Below, in pieces: positions 28,684 to 41,847 of a stretch of DNA of 64,000 nucleotides. The stretch comes from Eledone cirrhosa. Its lineage: Eukaryota. The notes below the pieces were generated by a model that saw nothing but the letters and a program-made list of their open reading frames with translations, was not told the origin of the DNA and did no database searches. The translations under genes and the position numbers were made by a program. The DNA lies in the NCBI GenBank assembly GCA_964016885.1, contig OZ024764.1:15004001-15068000 (forward strand), written 5' to 3'. Position 1 is the stretch's first letter; every line of letters starts with the position of its first letter.

Positions 28684-29959
28684 GTCAACCTATATCCCAG
28701 ACAGCTAACTACTTACCTGTCTTATTTACCAGTATAACTCATTTTAACTATATAACTATTTATAAGATTCTATCTATCACAGGGAACAAACACCTGACTC
28801 CCTTATTTAATCCTTTCGGTGGATTGGCAGTATCAGTTGAGGGTCAGCACTATGATTTCTAGCATAGAGTTACGGCCCTTGCCATTCTGAGTTCAAATCC
28901 CACCGAGGTTAACTTTGCCTTTCATCCTTACAGGGTCGATAAAATAAAGTACCAGTAATGCACTGGGGTCGATTACATCAACTTTCCCCTACCCCAAAAT
29001 TGCTGGCCTTGTGTCAAAATCAGAAACCATTGTTATTAACACCATACTTTTCAGCATAGAGTTACAGCTCTTTACTTTCTGAGTTCAAATCCCGCCGAGG
29101 TTAGTTTTGCCTTTCATCCTTACGAGGTCGATAAAATAAAGAACCAGTAATACACTGGGGTAATTGCTGGCCTTGTGCCAAAAGTAGAAACAATTATTAC
29201 AGGGTCGATAAAATAAAGTACCAGTAATACTCTGAGCTAATTGCTGGCTTTGTGCCAAAAGTAGAAACAATTAGTTAATACTTTATTTTCTGATTAATTA
29301 ATTACCTGGGATTAACACAATCAGTTAGGTTCCTTGTTAATTTAATTTTATTACGTTAAATTGGATATTTTTACAAATTTTAATGTTGTTTTTATTAGAA
29401 AAAAAAACTTTTTTTTTTCATTGAATAAATTTTTTTAGTTTCTGTTCGTTTATTTTATATATTTTTAATTAAAGAATGTTTTTGTAATTGATGTACTCGT
29501 TTATTTCATATATTTTTAATTAAAGAATGTTTTTTTAATTGATGTACTCGTTTATTCCTATTTAGTATATTTTTAATTAAAATGTTTGTGTGTGTGTTTA
29601 TGGTTATTTAAATATTTTTTGTATGTATATGATTGTGTGTATGTATGTATGTATGTATAAAATGTATGTATGTATGTATGTATGTATGTATAAATGTATG
29701 TATGTATGTTCTTCTGGCTTTATAATTTCACAAATGTTTGCCACTAGAGAGAGAGTCAGTTTCTAACATAGACACAAGACTTTCTCATTGGAATTTAGAC
29801 ATTAACTAGGTAGATATGTCTGTATGTCTGCATGTGTGTGCAAGTATGGGTGTTATTGTATGTGTCGATGTGTATGTTTTGAGTTGTATGTGTGCATGTG
29901 TATATGCTTTGTATCTGTACATATGCAGTTATTAGATGCAAAATTTTTGTATGTATGTA

Positions 29960-30665
29960 TGTCCACACTGTAAAGTGGTTGTGTAGGTGTCATGACAGAA
30001 AGCACCCAAACCACACTGTAAAGTGGTCATGTAGGTGTCATGACAGAAAACACCCAGTCCACACTGTAAAGTGGTCATGTAGGTGTCATGACAAACAACA
30101 CCCAGTCCACACTGTAAAGTGGTCATGTAGGTGTCACAACAAACAACACCCAATCCACACTGTAAAGTGGTCATGTAGGTGTCACAACAAAAAGCACCCA
30201 GTCCACACTGTAAAGTGGTCATGTAGGTGTCACAACAAAAAACACCCAGTCCACACTGTAAAGTGGTCATGTAGGTGTCACAACAAAAAGCACCCAGTCC
30301 TCACTGTAAAGTGGTCATGTAGGTGTCACAACAAAAAACACCCAGTCCACACTGTAAAGTGGTCATGTAGGTATCACAACAAAAAACACCCAGTCCACAC
30401 TGTAAAGTGGTCATGTAGGTGTCACAACAAAAAGCACCCAGTCCACACTGTAAAGTGGTCATGTAGGTGTCACGACAAAAAGCACCCAGTCCACTCTGTA
30501 AATGAGGTTGGTGTTAGGAAGGACATCCAGCTGTAGAAATCCAGCCAGAAACTCTTCTATATGAGCAAGACATGGTCACCAGACCTAACTCGCCTCTAAA
30601 TGGGACAAACCCGTCTAACCCATGCTAACGCGCGGAAGATAGATGTTAAACGATGATGATGATGT
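29960..30665 (+). repeat. 48-bp tandem array (~11 copies) within an RTE-type 3' UTR, followed by the element's tail
   Basis: Unit CACACTGTAAAGTGGTCATGTAGGTGTCACAACAAAAAGCACCCAGTC, then GTTGGTGTTAGGAAGG...(GAT)n. Confidence 0.9.
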
Positions 30666-30834
30666 ATATGTGTATATATGTATGTGTTGTGTGTGTGTGT
30701 GGTATGTATGAACGTCTTACTGGTTTAAAAAGCTAGTTGTTTCTGGAACGCAATCATACATACACACATACACACATACATACATACATGCATGCATGCA
30801 CACATACGTATAGATAGCTATGTATGCATTATAT

Positions 30835-30873
<39 letters not shown>

Positions 30874-30889
30874 TATATATATGTATGTA

Positions 30890-30950
<61 letters not shown>

Positions 30951-31007
30951 ACATATATATATATATATGCATATATATATATATATATGCATATATATAT
31001 ATATATA

Positions 31008-31072
<65 letters not shown>

Positions 31073-31103
31073 ATATATATATGTATATATATATATATAT
31101 ATA

Positions 31104-31528
31104 CCATCATCATCATTTTACGTCCGCTCTTCCCTGCTTTCAAGGGTGGGACGGGTCTTATTCAGCACAGCATCTCTCCACTCGTCACGGTCCTTCGTCA
31201 TCTCCACCGTGAGCTTCAGTGATCTGAGGTCAGCTCTCACCACCTCCGCCCATGTTTTTCGTGGTCTACCTCTACCACGTCTTCCTTCAACTGGCATTTC
31301 CTGGCACTTCTTCACCCATCGGTCATCCTCCATACGAATCACATGTCCATACCACCTCGGTCTCCTCTCCCGTACACTACATTCTATCCCTCTCAGACAC
31401 AGTTTCTCTCTCAACATATCCATGCTGGGTCGTTCACGCACATTTACACTGCACATCCAACGGAGCATGCTTGCCTCATTTCTCTCCAGCCGTCGCATAT
31501 CCTCTGCAGTTGCTGCCCATGTCTCATA
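31104..31528 (-). mobile_element. RTE LINE 3' fragment (second subfamily)
   Basis: [16 protein letters not shown]...RWYGHVIRM...GRPRKTW followed by a (TGA)n tail. A shorter copy lies at 59445-59602. Confidence 0.9.
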
Positions 31529-31530
31529 TA

Positions 31531-31597
<67 letters not shown>

Positions 31598-31625
31598 TTT
31601 GATGTGAGATATACTAATTTTACTG

Positions 31626-31802
31626 GATTCCTGTTGATAAGCACAGAAGATTTGGATATTTCACTCTTTTATTTCTATTCCATTTCGATTCTCTTTATTT
31701 TTCAATTCACATTCCACCGTTGCGAAACGGATTTAGGTTTCGAGGTTCAAATTCGTCTACAGAACAGGTTTGAATTTTGAAATCTGAATCTGTCCAGGAA
31801 TC
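31626..31802 (+). ncRNA. Large type I hammerhead ribozyme, U3-A8 core, 27-bp stem III
   Basis: Stem I GATTCCTG(31626)/CAGGAATC(31795); core TTGATAA; stem II GCA...TGC; GAAA at 31724; stem III 31727-31753 pairs with 31767-31793; GTC site at 31792-31794. Confidence 0.8.
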
Positions 31803-32023
31803 ATGGCAGTTGCCAATATAAGCTTGTCTTTATTGACTTGTATCGAGACAGACAAATTGTATTCACTTTAATTAGTTTATTTCATTAATAGCTAACTTTG
31901 TCTGTTGCAATGTAAACACGTTTCGTGTTTATCATATATTTTAATGTATATATATATATAGATATATATATAGGAAAAGAGTCAGAACCCCGACGGCTGA
32001 GCTCCAGCCGTTTTGACAGCTAG

Positions 32024-32084
<61 letters not shown>

Positions 32085-32140
32085 CGTTTCTGAATTTGTT
32101 TAGCAAGATTCTTTATCTGAAAACGTGTGTTGAAACCCAT

Positions 32141-32640
32141 TATTGTTATACTTTGGGAGGGTCATGTTGCCAATAAGAAACACACGCACCAGTTGCTTTC
32201 ACTCCAATTTATTATAAATTTAAGAATTTATAAATTTCCAGTTGGTTGGTTCCATAACCAGACGGTTGTTCATATATTGTCAAAGTTCTTTCGTCCCACA
32301 TTCTGTGACCTCTTCAGTGACTGGGGATTCTTTTCTTTGTTTTTGTGCCGCTCCTTTGTTCTGTCCTACGCCATCTTGTTTTTTCAAGATGGCGTAGGAC
32401 AGAACAAAGGAGAGGCACAAAAACAAAGAAAAGAAAAGAATCCCCAGTTACTGAAGAGGTCACAGAATGTGTGACGAAAGAACTTTGACAATATATGAAC
32501 AACCGTCCGGTTGTGGAACCAACCAACCGGAAATTTATAAATTCTTAAATTTATAAATTTAATTTATAATAAATTGGAGTGAAAGCAACTGGTGCATGTG
32601 TTTCTTATTGGCAACATGACCCTCCCAAAGTATAACAATA
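32141..32640. mobile_element. Fold-back element (~240-bp arms, family D) with a hammerhead in each arm (32279-32321 minus; 32447-32489 plus)
   Basis: Centre CCATCTTG-TTTTTT-CAAGATGG. GTYA-CTGAAGA-G-GTCAC-AGAATGT-GKGAC-GAAA-GAAC-TT-TGAC. Confidence 0.75.
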
Positions 32641-32746
32641 TATATATGACCCATGCTAGCATGGGAAATGGACGTTAAACGATGATGATGATGATGATGA
32701 TATATATAGCGGTGATGAAAGGACAGACTGCAGACCCCTATCTGAG

Positions 32747-33192
<446 letters not shown>

Positions 33193-33250
33193 ACTTTCAC
33201 TCGTGTAGGACACCTCTGTTATTTTTCATTTTGTTAAAAAAAAAACCCAC

Positions 33251-33283
<33 letters not shown>

Positions 33284-33750
33284 CATGAATGTATATTAGG
33301 TTTCTACATAAACTGGAAATATTCTCCGAATTTGTAGAAAACTTATAATGAAACAATTGTTTGGAAAGAGAGATATATTTTAACTTTAATTATATCTCAT
33401 AAAATAATACAACTGGCTTTTCCACATAATACATATTGTTAGCACCCCAAACACTTAAATTGGGTTTATATTAAAATATAACCTAATGTTTGTTGAGTGA
33501 GATGGTTACCAGTCAGAGATTAGCTTTAAACTATCTCTGTTATTGTATTAATTATATATATATATAATATTATATATATATATAATATTATATATATATA
33601 TAATATTTCGTTTTCATTTTATTTCAATTTATCGTTTTCGGTATGCCTGACCGATTTAACTCACTCAATATGCAAATTGGGCTTCTCAGCCGTTAATTTT
33701 CATAAGGAAAGTATATACTTTCGAACGTTCAACTATCTGGCAGATGGGTA

Positions 33751-33795
33751 AACGGTGCTGATGATAGCTAACAAGCTTGAAACTAGTACATCGTT
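33751..33795 (+). ncRNA. Minimal hammerhead ribozyme (family G), loop 3 CTAG
   Basis: AACGGTG-CTGATGA-T-AGCT-AACA-AGCT-T-GAAA-CTAG-TA-CATCGTT: 7-bp stem I and GUA site. Confidence 0.8.
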
Positions 33796-33949
33796 CCTGT
33801 GTCAGTGTTGAACAAAAAGGTGACGTGGTTGCCTTAACACCGTATGGCATAAATTCAGGCTGTTCAGTTTGTTTACAAACGAACAAAGCGGCGTTATAAT
33901 AAGCGTCCGCTAAACTGATACGTGCATATATGTATGTGTACCTGTATGC

Positions 33950-34012
<63 letters not shown>

Positions 34013-34121
34013 TGCTACTGTACGTCTGTATACATATATGTATGTACGTATACATGCATACTTACATTTAAGTAAGTGCCATACTAAGAGTGAGAAATGA
34101 AATTTCGTTTTCATTTTATTT

Positions 34122-34174
<53 letters not shown>

Positions 34175-34355
34175 AAGTTATATTTAAAATTGTTGGGTTA
34201 CGTCTTCGTTCTGTCTTTCTTTCTTTCTTTTTTCCCTCTTTTCTTTCTCTCTTTCTTTCTCTCTGTATTTTCACTGCTAGCGTAAACCTCTCCAAATGAA
34301 GTTGATGTTTATTACGGTATGTCGAATATATTTATCTATAAAACTGTTTATATTG

Positions 34356-34421
34356 TATTTTGTCTGATGAAGGCATAGCATATTGTTAATATGATATCCC
34401 CGAAATATATATAATGAAATA
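34356..34421 (+). ncRNA. Hammerhead ribozyme (family C)
   Basis: TATTTTGT-CTGATGA-AGG...CCCC-GAAA-TATATA-TA-ATGAAATA. Stem I is 8 bp including G.U pairs. Confidence 0.75.
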
Positions 34422-34463
34422 AATATGGTTTTATAAATATAGTTTTCCATTTATTTAATATTG

Positions 34464-34494
<31 letters not shown>

Positions 34495-34769
34495 TCAGCT
34501 GTTCCTTGCAGACAAAATGGCAAAGACACAGCTAGCGTAGAAGAGGTTGCTAAACCCACTTCATCAGCCACCTCCACCTCGTAAGGGCATTCCCCCTCCC
34601 ACTCAGGCTGGTCACAGTCTTTCTGATTTTATGGAAGAAATCCGATTCAACGACACTTCCGGAAATGCAGATCCAATGCTAACGTAATGAGGAATTTCCT
34701 GGATCTCGAAAGAATATTAGTGAGACATTAATGGATCAGTGGATATTCCCCAGGCTATATCCAATAACA

Positions 34770-35418
34770 ATTTTTCTTCTTTCCTTCTTTCCTACTTTCT
34801 TTCCTTCTTTCCTACTTTCTTTTCTTCTTTCCTACTTTCTTTCTTTCCTTCTTTCCTTCTTTCCTTCTTTCCTTTTTTTTCTTCTTTCTTTCTTTCCTTC
34901 TTTTTCTTCTTTCTTTCCTTCTTTTTCTTCTTTTCTTTCTTTCTTTCCTTCTTTCTTTCCTTCTTTCCTTTTTTTCTTCTTTCTTTCTTTCCTTCTTTTT
35001 CTTCTTTCTTTCCTTCTTTTTCTTCTTTCCTTCTTTCTTTCCTTCTTTCCTTTTTTTTCTTCTTTCTTTCTTTCCTTCTTTTTCTTCTTTCTTTCCTTCT
35101 TTTTCTTTCTTTCCTTCTTTCCTTTTTTTTCTTCTTTCTTTCTTTTCTTCTTTCTTTCTTTTTCTTCTTTCTTTCCTTCTTTTTCTTCTTTTCTTTCTTT
35201 CTTTCCTTCTTTCTTTCCTTCTTTCCTTTTTTTTCTTCTTTCTTTTCTTCTTTCTTTCTTTCCTTCTTTTTCTTCTTTCTTTCCTTCTTTTTCTTCTTTT
35301 CTTTCTTTCTTTCCTTCTTTCTTTCCTTCTTTCCTTTTTTTTCTTCTTTCTTTCTTTTCTTCTTTCTTTCTTTCCTTCTTTTCCTTCTTTCTTTCTTTAT
35401 TTATTTCCTTCTTTTTCT

Positions 35419-35450
<32 letters not shown>

Positions 35451-35460
35451 TCCTTCTCTC
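34770..35460 (+). repeat. (CTTT/CCTT)n polypyrimidine tract, followed by a purine-rich (GA) tract at 35520-35735
   Basis: Direct reading. Confidence 0.93.
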
Positions 35461-35736
35461 TCCGTCCTATATTGCTGGCGGTTGTGAAATGTTTAATGTG
35501 TTTGAAAAAAGATGGCAGATGGATGGAGGGAGAGGAGGAGAGATAGAGAGGTAGAGTGGGAGGGGGAGAGAGAGGTGGAGAAGGAGAGGTAGAGAGGTAG
35601 ATAGAGAGGTAGAGAGGGGGAGAGAGAGGTAGAGAGAGAAGGAAAGGTAGAGAGGGGGAAAGAGAGGGGTAGATAGAGAGGTAGAGAGAGGGAGAGAGAG
35701 AAGGAGAGATAGCTAGGGAGGTAGATATAGAGATAG

Positions 35737-36255
35737 ATATCTTTCTTTATTTGCCACAGGGGCGTACAAAAATGGGATATTACAAGATGGCGGGGGTTTT
35801 ACATAAAAATAACTTTAACATTAATAAATAACAATAAACTATATATAATAAAATAACAATTGAAATCCCCAATAGAGGGGGACGTTACTGCAGGGTTGTT
35901 TTACACCCCGTGGATAGAACAACCCTCAACACCAGGAACACGTTTTGTAGGTGTTCCCGTCTTCCCTCTGTTTATCTTCCTCAACCTACAGGTTTATATA
36001 CAGAGAAGGCCCATTCACTCGGGCCATTTTCGCCACATTCACCCACCTTTCAGTGAATATACTAAGGTGTAGCACCTCTCTCTCCACTCTCACCTTCCTT
36101 CTGAAGTGGTACTTAAAGAAGGGGACGAGTTGTTGTCCGGAGAGAAAGGTGTTTGCCCTCAGTCCTTTTAACCTCGTCCACCATATTACCTCTTTCGCCA
36201 TAGCCAACAGACAGAGGAAAACCGCTTCTCCTTCCTTCTTAAATGAAGGCGGCGG
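35737..36255 (-). mobile_element. 3' fragment of an L1/Tx1-like LINE
   Basis: AMAKEVIWWTR...F..RW C-terminus, and a 3' UTR ending GTGGCAAATAAAGAAA into (TCTA)n. Related copies at 50820-51325 and 51330-51555 (+); tail-only pieces at 8785-8828 and 8907-8980. Confidence 0.65.
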
Positions 36256-36271
36256 GGATAGATAGATAGGT

Positions 36272-36351
<80 letters not shown>

Positions 36352-36456
36352 TTATATCTAGATATAAAAAAAAAAAAAAAAAATTTTTTTTACTCTGCCA
36401 TGTATTGAGTACCTTACTTACTGTGGTTATCCCCGACTCAACCCGGGACCTACGTA

Positions 36457-36539
<83 letters not shown>

Positions 36540-36595
36540 ACTGGCAGAAACATGGATAAACAGATAGCACGATTGATATATACATACAGGTACAA

Positions 36596-36648
<53 letters not shown>

Positions 36649-36652
36649 CATA

Positions 36653-36695
<43 letters not shown>

Positions 36696-36818
36696 GTATA
36701 TATGTATGTGTCTGTGTATATAGGTATGTATATATACGCATACATATATATGTATATACATGTATGTATATGTATGTATATATATGAATATATATATATG
36801 TGAATATATATATATGCG

Positions 36819-36863
<45 letters not shown>

Positions 36864-36877
36864 GTATATATATATAT

Positions 36878-36930
<53 letters not shown>

Positions 36931-37570
36931 GGTATATACACACACACATATATATATATATACACACATGTATACATATATATACATATATATACATATA
37001 TATACAGGTATATATATACACACACACACATATATATATATACACACATATGTATATATATATACATACATATATACACACATATATACACAGACATATA
37101 TACACAGACACATATATATATATATACACAGATATATATATATATATATATACACATATATATATACACACATATATATATACACACATATATACATATA
37201 ACCATCTCTAATCCTCTATTATGCCCCCCCCCCCCACAACCACAACCACCACCTTCACCCCTCTTTTTTTTCTAATTTCCTGAAAAACACACAAGCTGTC
37301 AAACGAGAGATGGTCAAAGTAGATAATCTTCTTGAATAATGGCTGAAATAGAGGAGGTCGGGCCCAGGCTGGACACTTGCTGGATTCATCAGTCCCTCTC
37401 CCTTACACCAATCAGGCTGGACATCAAAAGGTACGATGGATGGATGGATGGATGGCTACGGAGAGACAGGCAGGACGACTGACTCTCTAATCATCTCTTC
37501 CTTCCTTCCTTCCTTCCTTCTCTTTCTTCTCCTCTTTCTTCCTGCTGCTGTACTTCTGTTTGTGCATGTT

Positions 37571-37679
<109 letters not shown>

Positions 37680-37868
37680 ATATATATATATATATATACA
37701 TATATATGTATATGTATATGTATATATATATATGTACATATATATATATATATGCTATATATATACAAACATATACATATATATACATATATATACATAT
37801 ATATACATATATATACATATATATATATATATATATGCTATATATATATATATATATATATAGATATG

Positions 37869-37909
<41 letters not shown>

Positions 37910-38042
37910 TATGCTATATATATATATATATATATATATAGATATGCTATATATATATATATATATATTTATACATATATATATATATATATATATATAG
38001 CATATACATATATAAATATATATATATGCTATATATATATAT

Positions 38043-38078
<36 letters not shown>

Positions 38079-38105
38079 GCTATATATATATTTATATATA
38101 TATAT

Positions 38106-38187
<82 letters not shown>

Positions 38188-38207
38188 CATATATATATTT
38201 AATACAT

Positions 38208-38700
38208 AAAAAGGTGCAGAGCACTAGAAGTTGATGGAAACCGCGGAGTGGGGAGACCCAAGATGACCTGGGATGAGGTGATAAAAGCCGACCTTACCCA
38301 ATTACACCTCTCAGAGGCGATGACACACGACCGTGACTTCTGGCGTCACGCAGTAATACAGAGTACCCGACCTCCCATGGGTACAAGCTGAAGCATATAG
38401 ACAATATGCCCCCACACTCCCCACCGCAAGGTGGTCGTGGACGTGCCACGGCAAAAAAGCACCCAGCCCACACTGTAGAGTGGACGTGTAGGCGCCACGA
38501 AAAAGCACCCAGCACTCACTGTAAATGAGGTTGGTGTTAGGAAGGGCATCCAGCTGTAGAAATCAAGCCAAATCAGTTCCTGTATGAGCAAGGCATGGTC
38601 AGCCGACCAGACACTGCCCACAACAGGACAACCCGTCTAACCCATGCTAGCGTGGAAGAACGGACATAAAACGGTGATGATGATGATGATGATGATGATG
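38208..38700 (+). mobile_element. RTE LINE 3' fragment with (TGA)n tail
   Basis: Nearly identical to the reverse complement of 11145-11620. A UTR-only copy lies at 56234-56578(-). Confidence 0.9.
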
Positions 38701-38937
38701 AATACATTAACAGAGAAAGCTTTAAGCAATACTCCGACCGGCTTCCGTCTCACTCAACAAATATTAGGATATACCTTATTATAATCCAATTTTACGTTTG
38801 GGGTGCTAACTACACGTCTTTTGCGGATAGCCAGTTGTACTATTTTATGAGACATAATTAAAATACATCTCTCTTTCCAAACGAACGTTTCATTATAAGT
38901 TTTCTACAAATTGGAAAAATAATGTCCACCTTATGTA

Positions 38938-38971
<34 letters not shown>

Positions 38972-39007
38972 TATATATATATATACATATATACATATAT
39001 ATATATA

Positions 39008-39415
39008 AACGTTAGAATATGTGTAATAAGGCCAAGACAATGCAGATATGGACATAGAAAAAAGAATGCAATAGTGAAAGATATTGATGAGAATTCGTCT
39101 TTCACCTTGAATTTATTTAAATGTCCTTAATTTTCGAGATAATATCTCTTCTTCGGAGGGAAGTAAAAGTCTCAGACCAGCGTCTAAATTTCCAATGAAG
39201 CCATGCTTCATGAAGCATGGCTTCATTGGAAATTTAGACGCTGGTCTGAGACTTTTACTTCCCTCCGAAGAAGAGATATTATCTCGAAAATTAAGGACAT
39301 TTAAATAAATTCAAGGTGAAAGACGAATTCTCATCAATATCTTTCACTATTGCATTCTTTTTTCTATGTCCATATCTGCATTGTCTTGGCCTTATTACAC
39401 ATATTCTAACGTTTA
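39008..39415. mobile_element. Perfect fold-back (~200-bp arms, no loop) with an ultra-minimal hammerhead-like motif in each arm (plus strand 39262-39296)
   Basis: Centre ATGCTTCA|TGAAGCAT. CCT-CCGAAGA-A-GAGAT-ATT-ATCTC-GAAA-AT-TA-AGG. Confidence 0.65.
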
Positions 39416-39481
39416 TACCTCATTACACAATGCTTCAAGTGAACTATAACCTCCTCCCATATATATATATATATATATATG

Positions 39482-39593
<112 letters not shown>

Positions 39594-39840
39594 GTAGAAT
39601 AATCGAGTATCGAAAAATCGGCGCACGACATCACGATAAACAAAATTCGAAATGAGCGGCAGAGGGCTCAATAATTCAGATAAATCAGAGCTATAACTAT
39701 CGTTAAAATACCGACACACATAGAACATGTCTAAAATCAACCATACGACCGAAAAATTACGATCTAGAAGATTCGGACACTCAGATAAAATATCAATAAA
39801 TCAATAAATCAAATGAATATATATATATATATATGCTATA

Positions 39841-39898
<58 letters not shown>

Positions 39899-40005
39899 CT
39901 CTATATATATATATATACACTATATATATATATGCTCTCTCTCTATATATATATATACACATATATATATGTACTAAGAGTGAGAAATGAAATTTCATTT
40001 TTTCC

Positions 40006-40058
<53 letters not shown>

Positions 40059-40284
40059 TGTAATAAACAACATAAGATAATTATTTCATTTACCAGTGGT
40101 TTCTTGAAAGCAAACAAAATTTGCTTTCAGTCATCAGAATGAAAAAATCCTGGTGTATTTATTGACAGTGGATTTTAAAAACAAAAATATAATCTATATG
40201 AAAGTGAGGCTGAAAAAGGAAGAAGGAAAGGAAAAAGAATAAATATAAAAGTAGATAAACACACATGCACACACACATATACAT

Positions 40285-40325
<41 letters not shown>

Positions 40326-40350
40326 CACACACATATACACATACACACAC

Positions 40351-40381
<31 letters not shown>

Positions 40382-40657
40382 TAATCATACATATATACAC
40401 ACGTACATACATACACATACATACACGCATACATAGAGCACTCTTTTTTCCTGGACCTTTCCGACGGAATTACTTCATTTACACACACATATATATATAT
40501 CATCATCATCATCATTGTTTAACGTCCATCTTCCACGCTAGCATGGGTTTGGACGGGAATTTTCCCACTTGAGGCAAGATTGGTTGCCTTGCTCATATAG
40601 GACTGTCTGGCAGGTTTTCTACGTCTGGATGCCCTTCCTAACACCAACCACGTTTAC

Positions 40658-40720
<63 letters not shown>

Positions 40721-41251
40721 ATGATGATATTTGTTTTTGAAATGTGCATAATAGAATACTTGGAACTCTTTTAACCATCTTTTGATCTTATATTATTTAT
40801 ACTCCAGTCCTACAAACTGTAGAGTGCTACTTATCCGATATTTGCATTGCTTTATTGTTGCTACAATAAAACTCACCTCCTACATATATATATATATATA
40901 ATATTATAATGAAATGACAGGAGGCTGGACTGGTGTAAATCCTTGAAAGGTTTATTATACTATGATCATTTCAATGACCGGGTTCAGTATGAATCCGGTG
41001 ATATCATCAGGTATTGGAATATAACAAAGGAATATGTAAATAACCATGGGTTCGAAAAATCAGAGATAGAGACAGAGAGGACGACTGACCAACTAGCTTC
41101 TCGACCTAAAGAAATATATATATATATATATATTGGTAAACGGAATAGAAAATGCTGACAAATTGTTCACAGTTGAAAAATGGTTTAATTAGGAATAAAA
41201 GAGTATTAGTGATTGTATGGGTTAGTATTCAGTTGTGGTTTTAAGTTTTTA

Positions 41252-41295
41252 AGTTTTTACCGGTTGCGCATTTCTAAATGCTTTTCAAAAATAAT
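41252..41295 (-). ncRNA. Degenerate family F-like hammerhead
   Basis: TTT-TTGAAAA-GCATT-TAGA-AATGC-GCAA-CCGG-TA-AAA. The GAAA box is mutated to GCAA. Confidence 0.5.
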
Positions 41296-41847
41296 TTTGA
41301 GATAGAGTGTCCGTGCTGTTTGCTCTGATCTGATTAGTTTTGGGAATTCTACCTGTTTTTATGTTAAAAAAATGGCTCCAGCGTTATTTTTGTGTTGTAA
41401 AAATGCTTGTGGTCAAAACAATTTTGATTGGTCGGTAGAGGTCATGTGAATATATATATATATATATATATATATTCATTTATTTTGTTTCACCCGTTCA
41501 GCTTGCTTCGTCTTTTTGCCTCAGGTGGTTGATAGCTTCTTAACCGCCAGTGTCAGTTTCTATGGCCTCTATAACCTATGTTTATTGCTCTCGTCTCTTT
41601 CGGTCCATGGAGTCCTAGCCAGCATAACTCGCCTATTTTCGACCCACCGAAATACGAATCTCACTGAATTTATATTTGTGTGCGTATATATATATACATA
41701 TATATATGTAGATAAATCTACCAAAATATACGGTAGTGTCCAATCCGTATGAAGAACTCAATGTAATCCAAATATCATGAAAAGAGAAGATGTATTCAAA
41801 AAATTTTTCTATGAAAATCACAGGAAAACAGAGTCAAGATACTTGAC

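Noticed and set aside
34485-34760. Polypyrimidine-CAG acceptor followed by unique sequence (possible exon)
   Set aside because: All three frames hit early stops. It could be a non-coding exon, but that cannot be supported without transcripts.
39595-39790. Minus-strand peptide FYVCRYFNDSYSSDLSELL resembling a LINE C-terminus
   Set aside because: Too short and degenerate to assign.
40100-40145. Minus-strand CTGATGA-CT-GAAA-GCAAA...TTTGC-TT hammerhead-like motif
   Set aside because: No stem II, and stem I does not pair.
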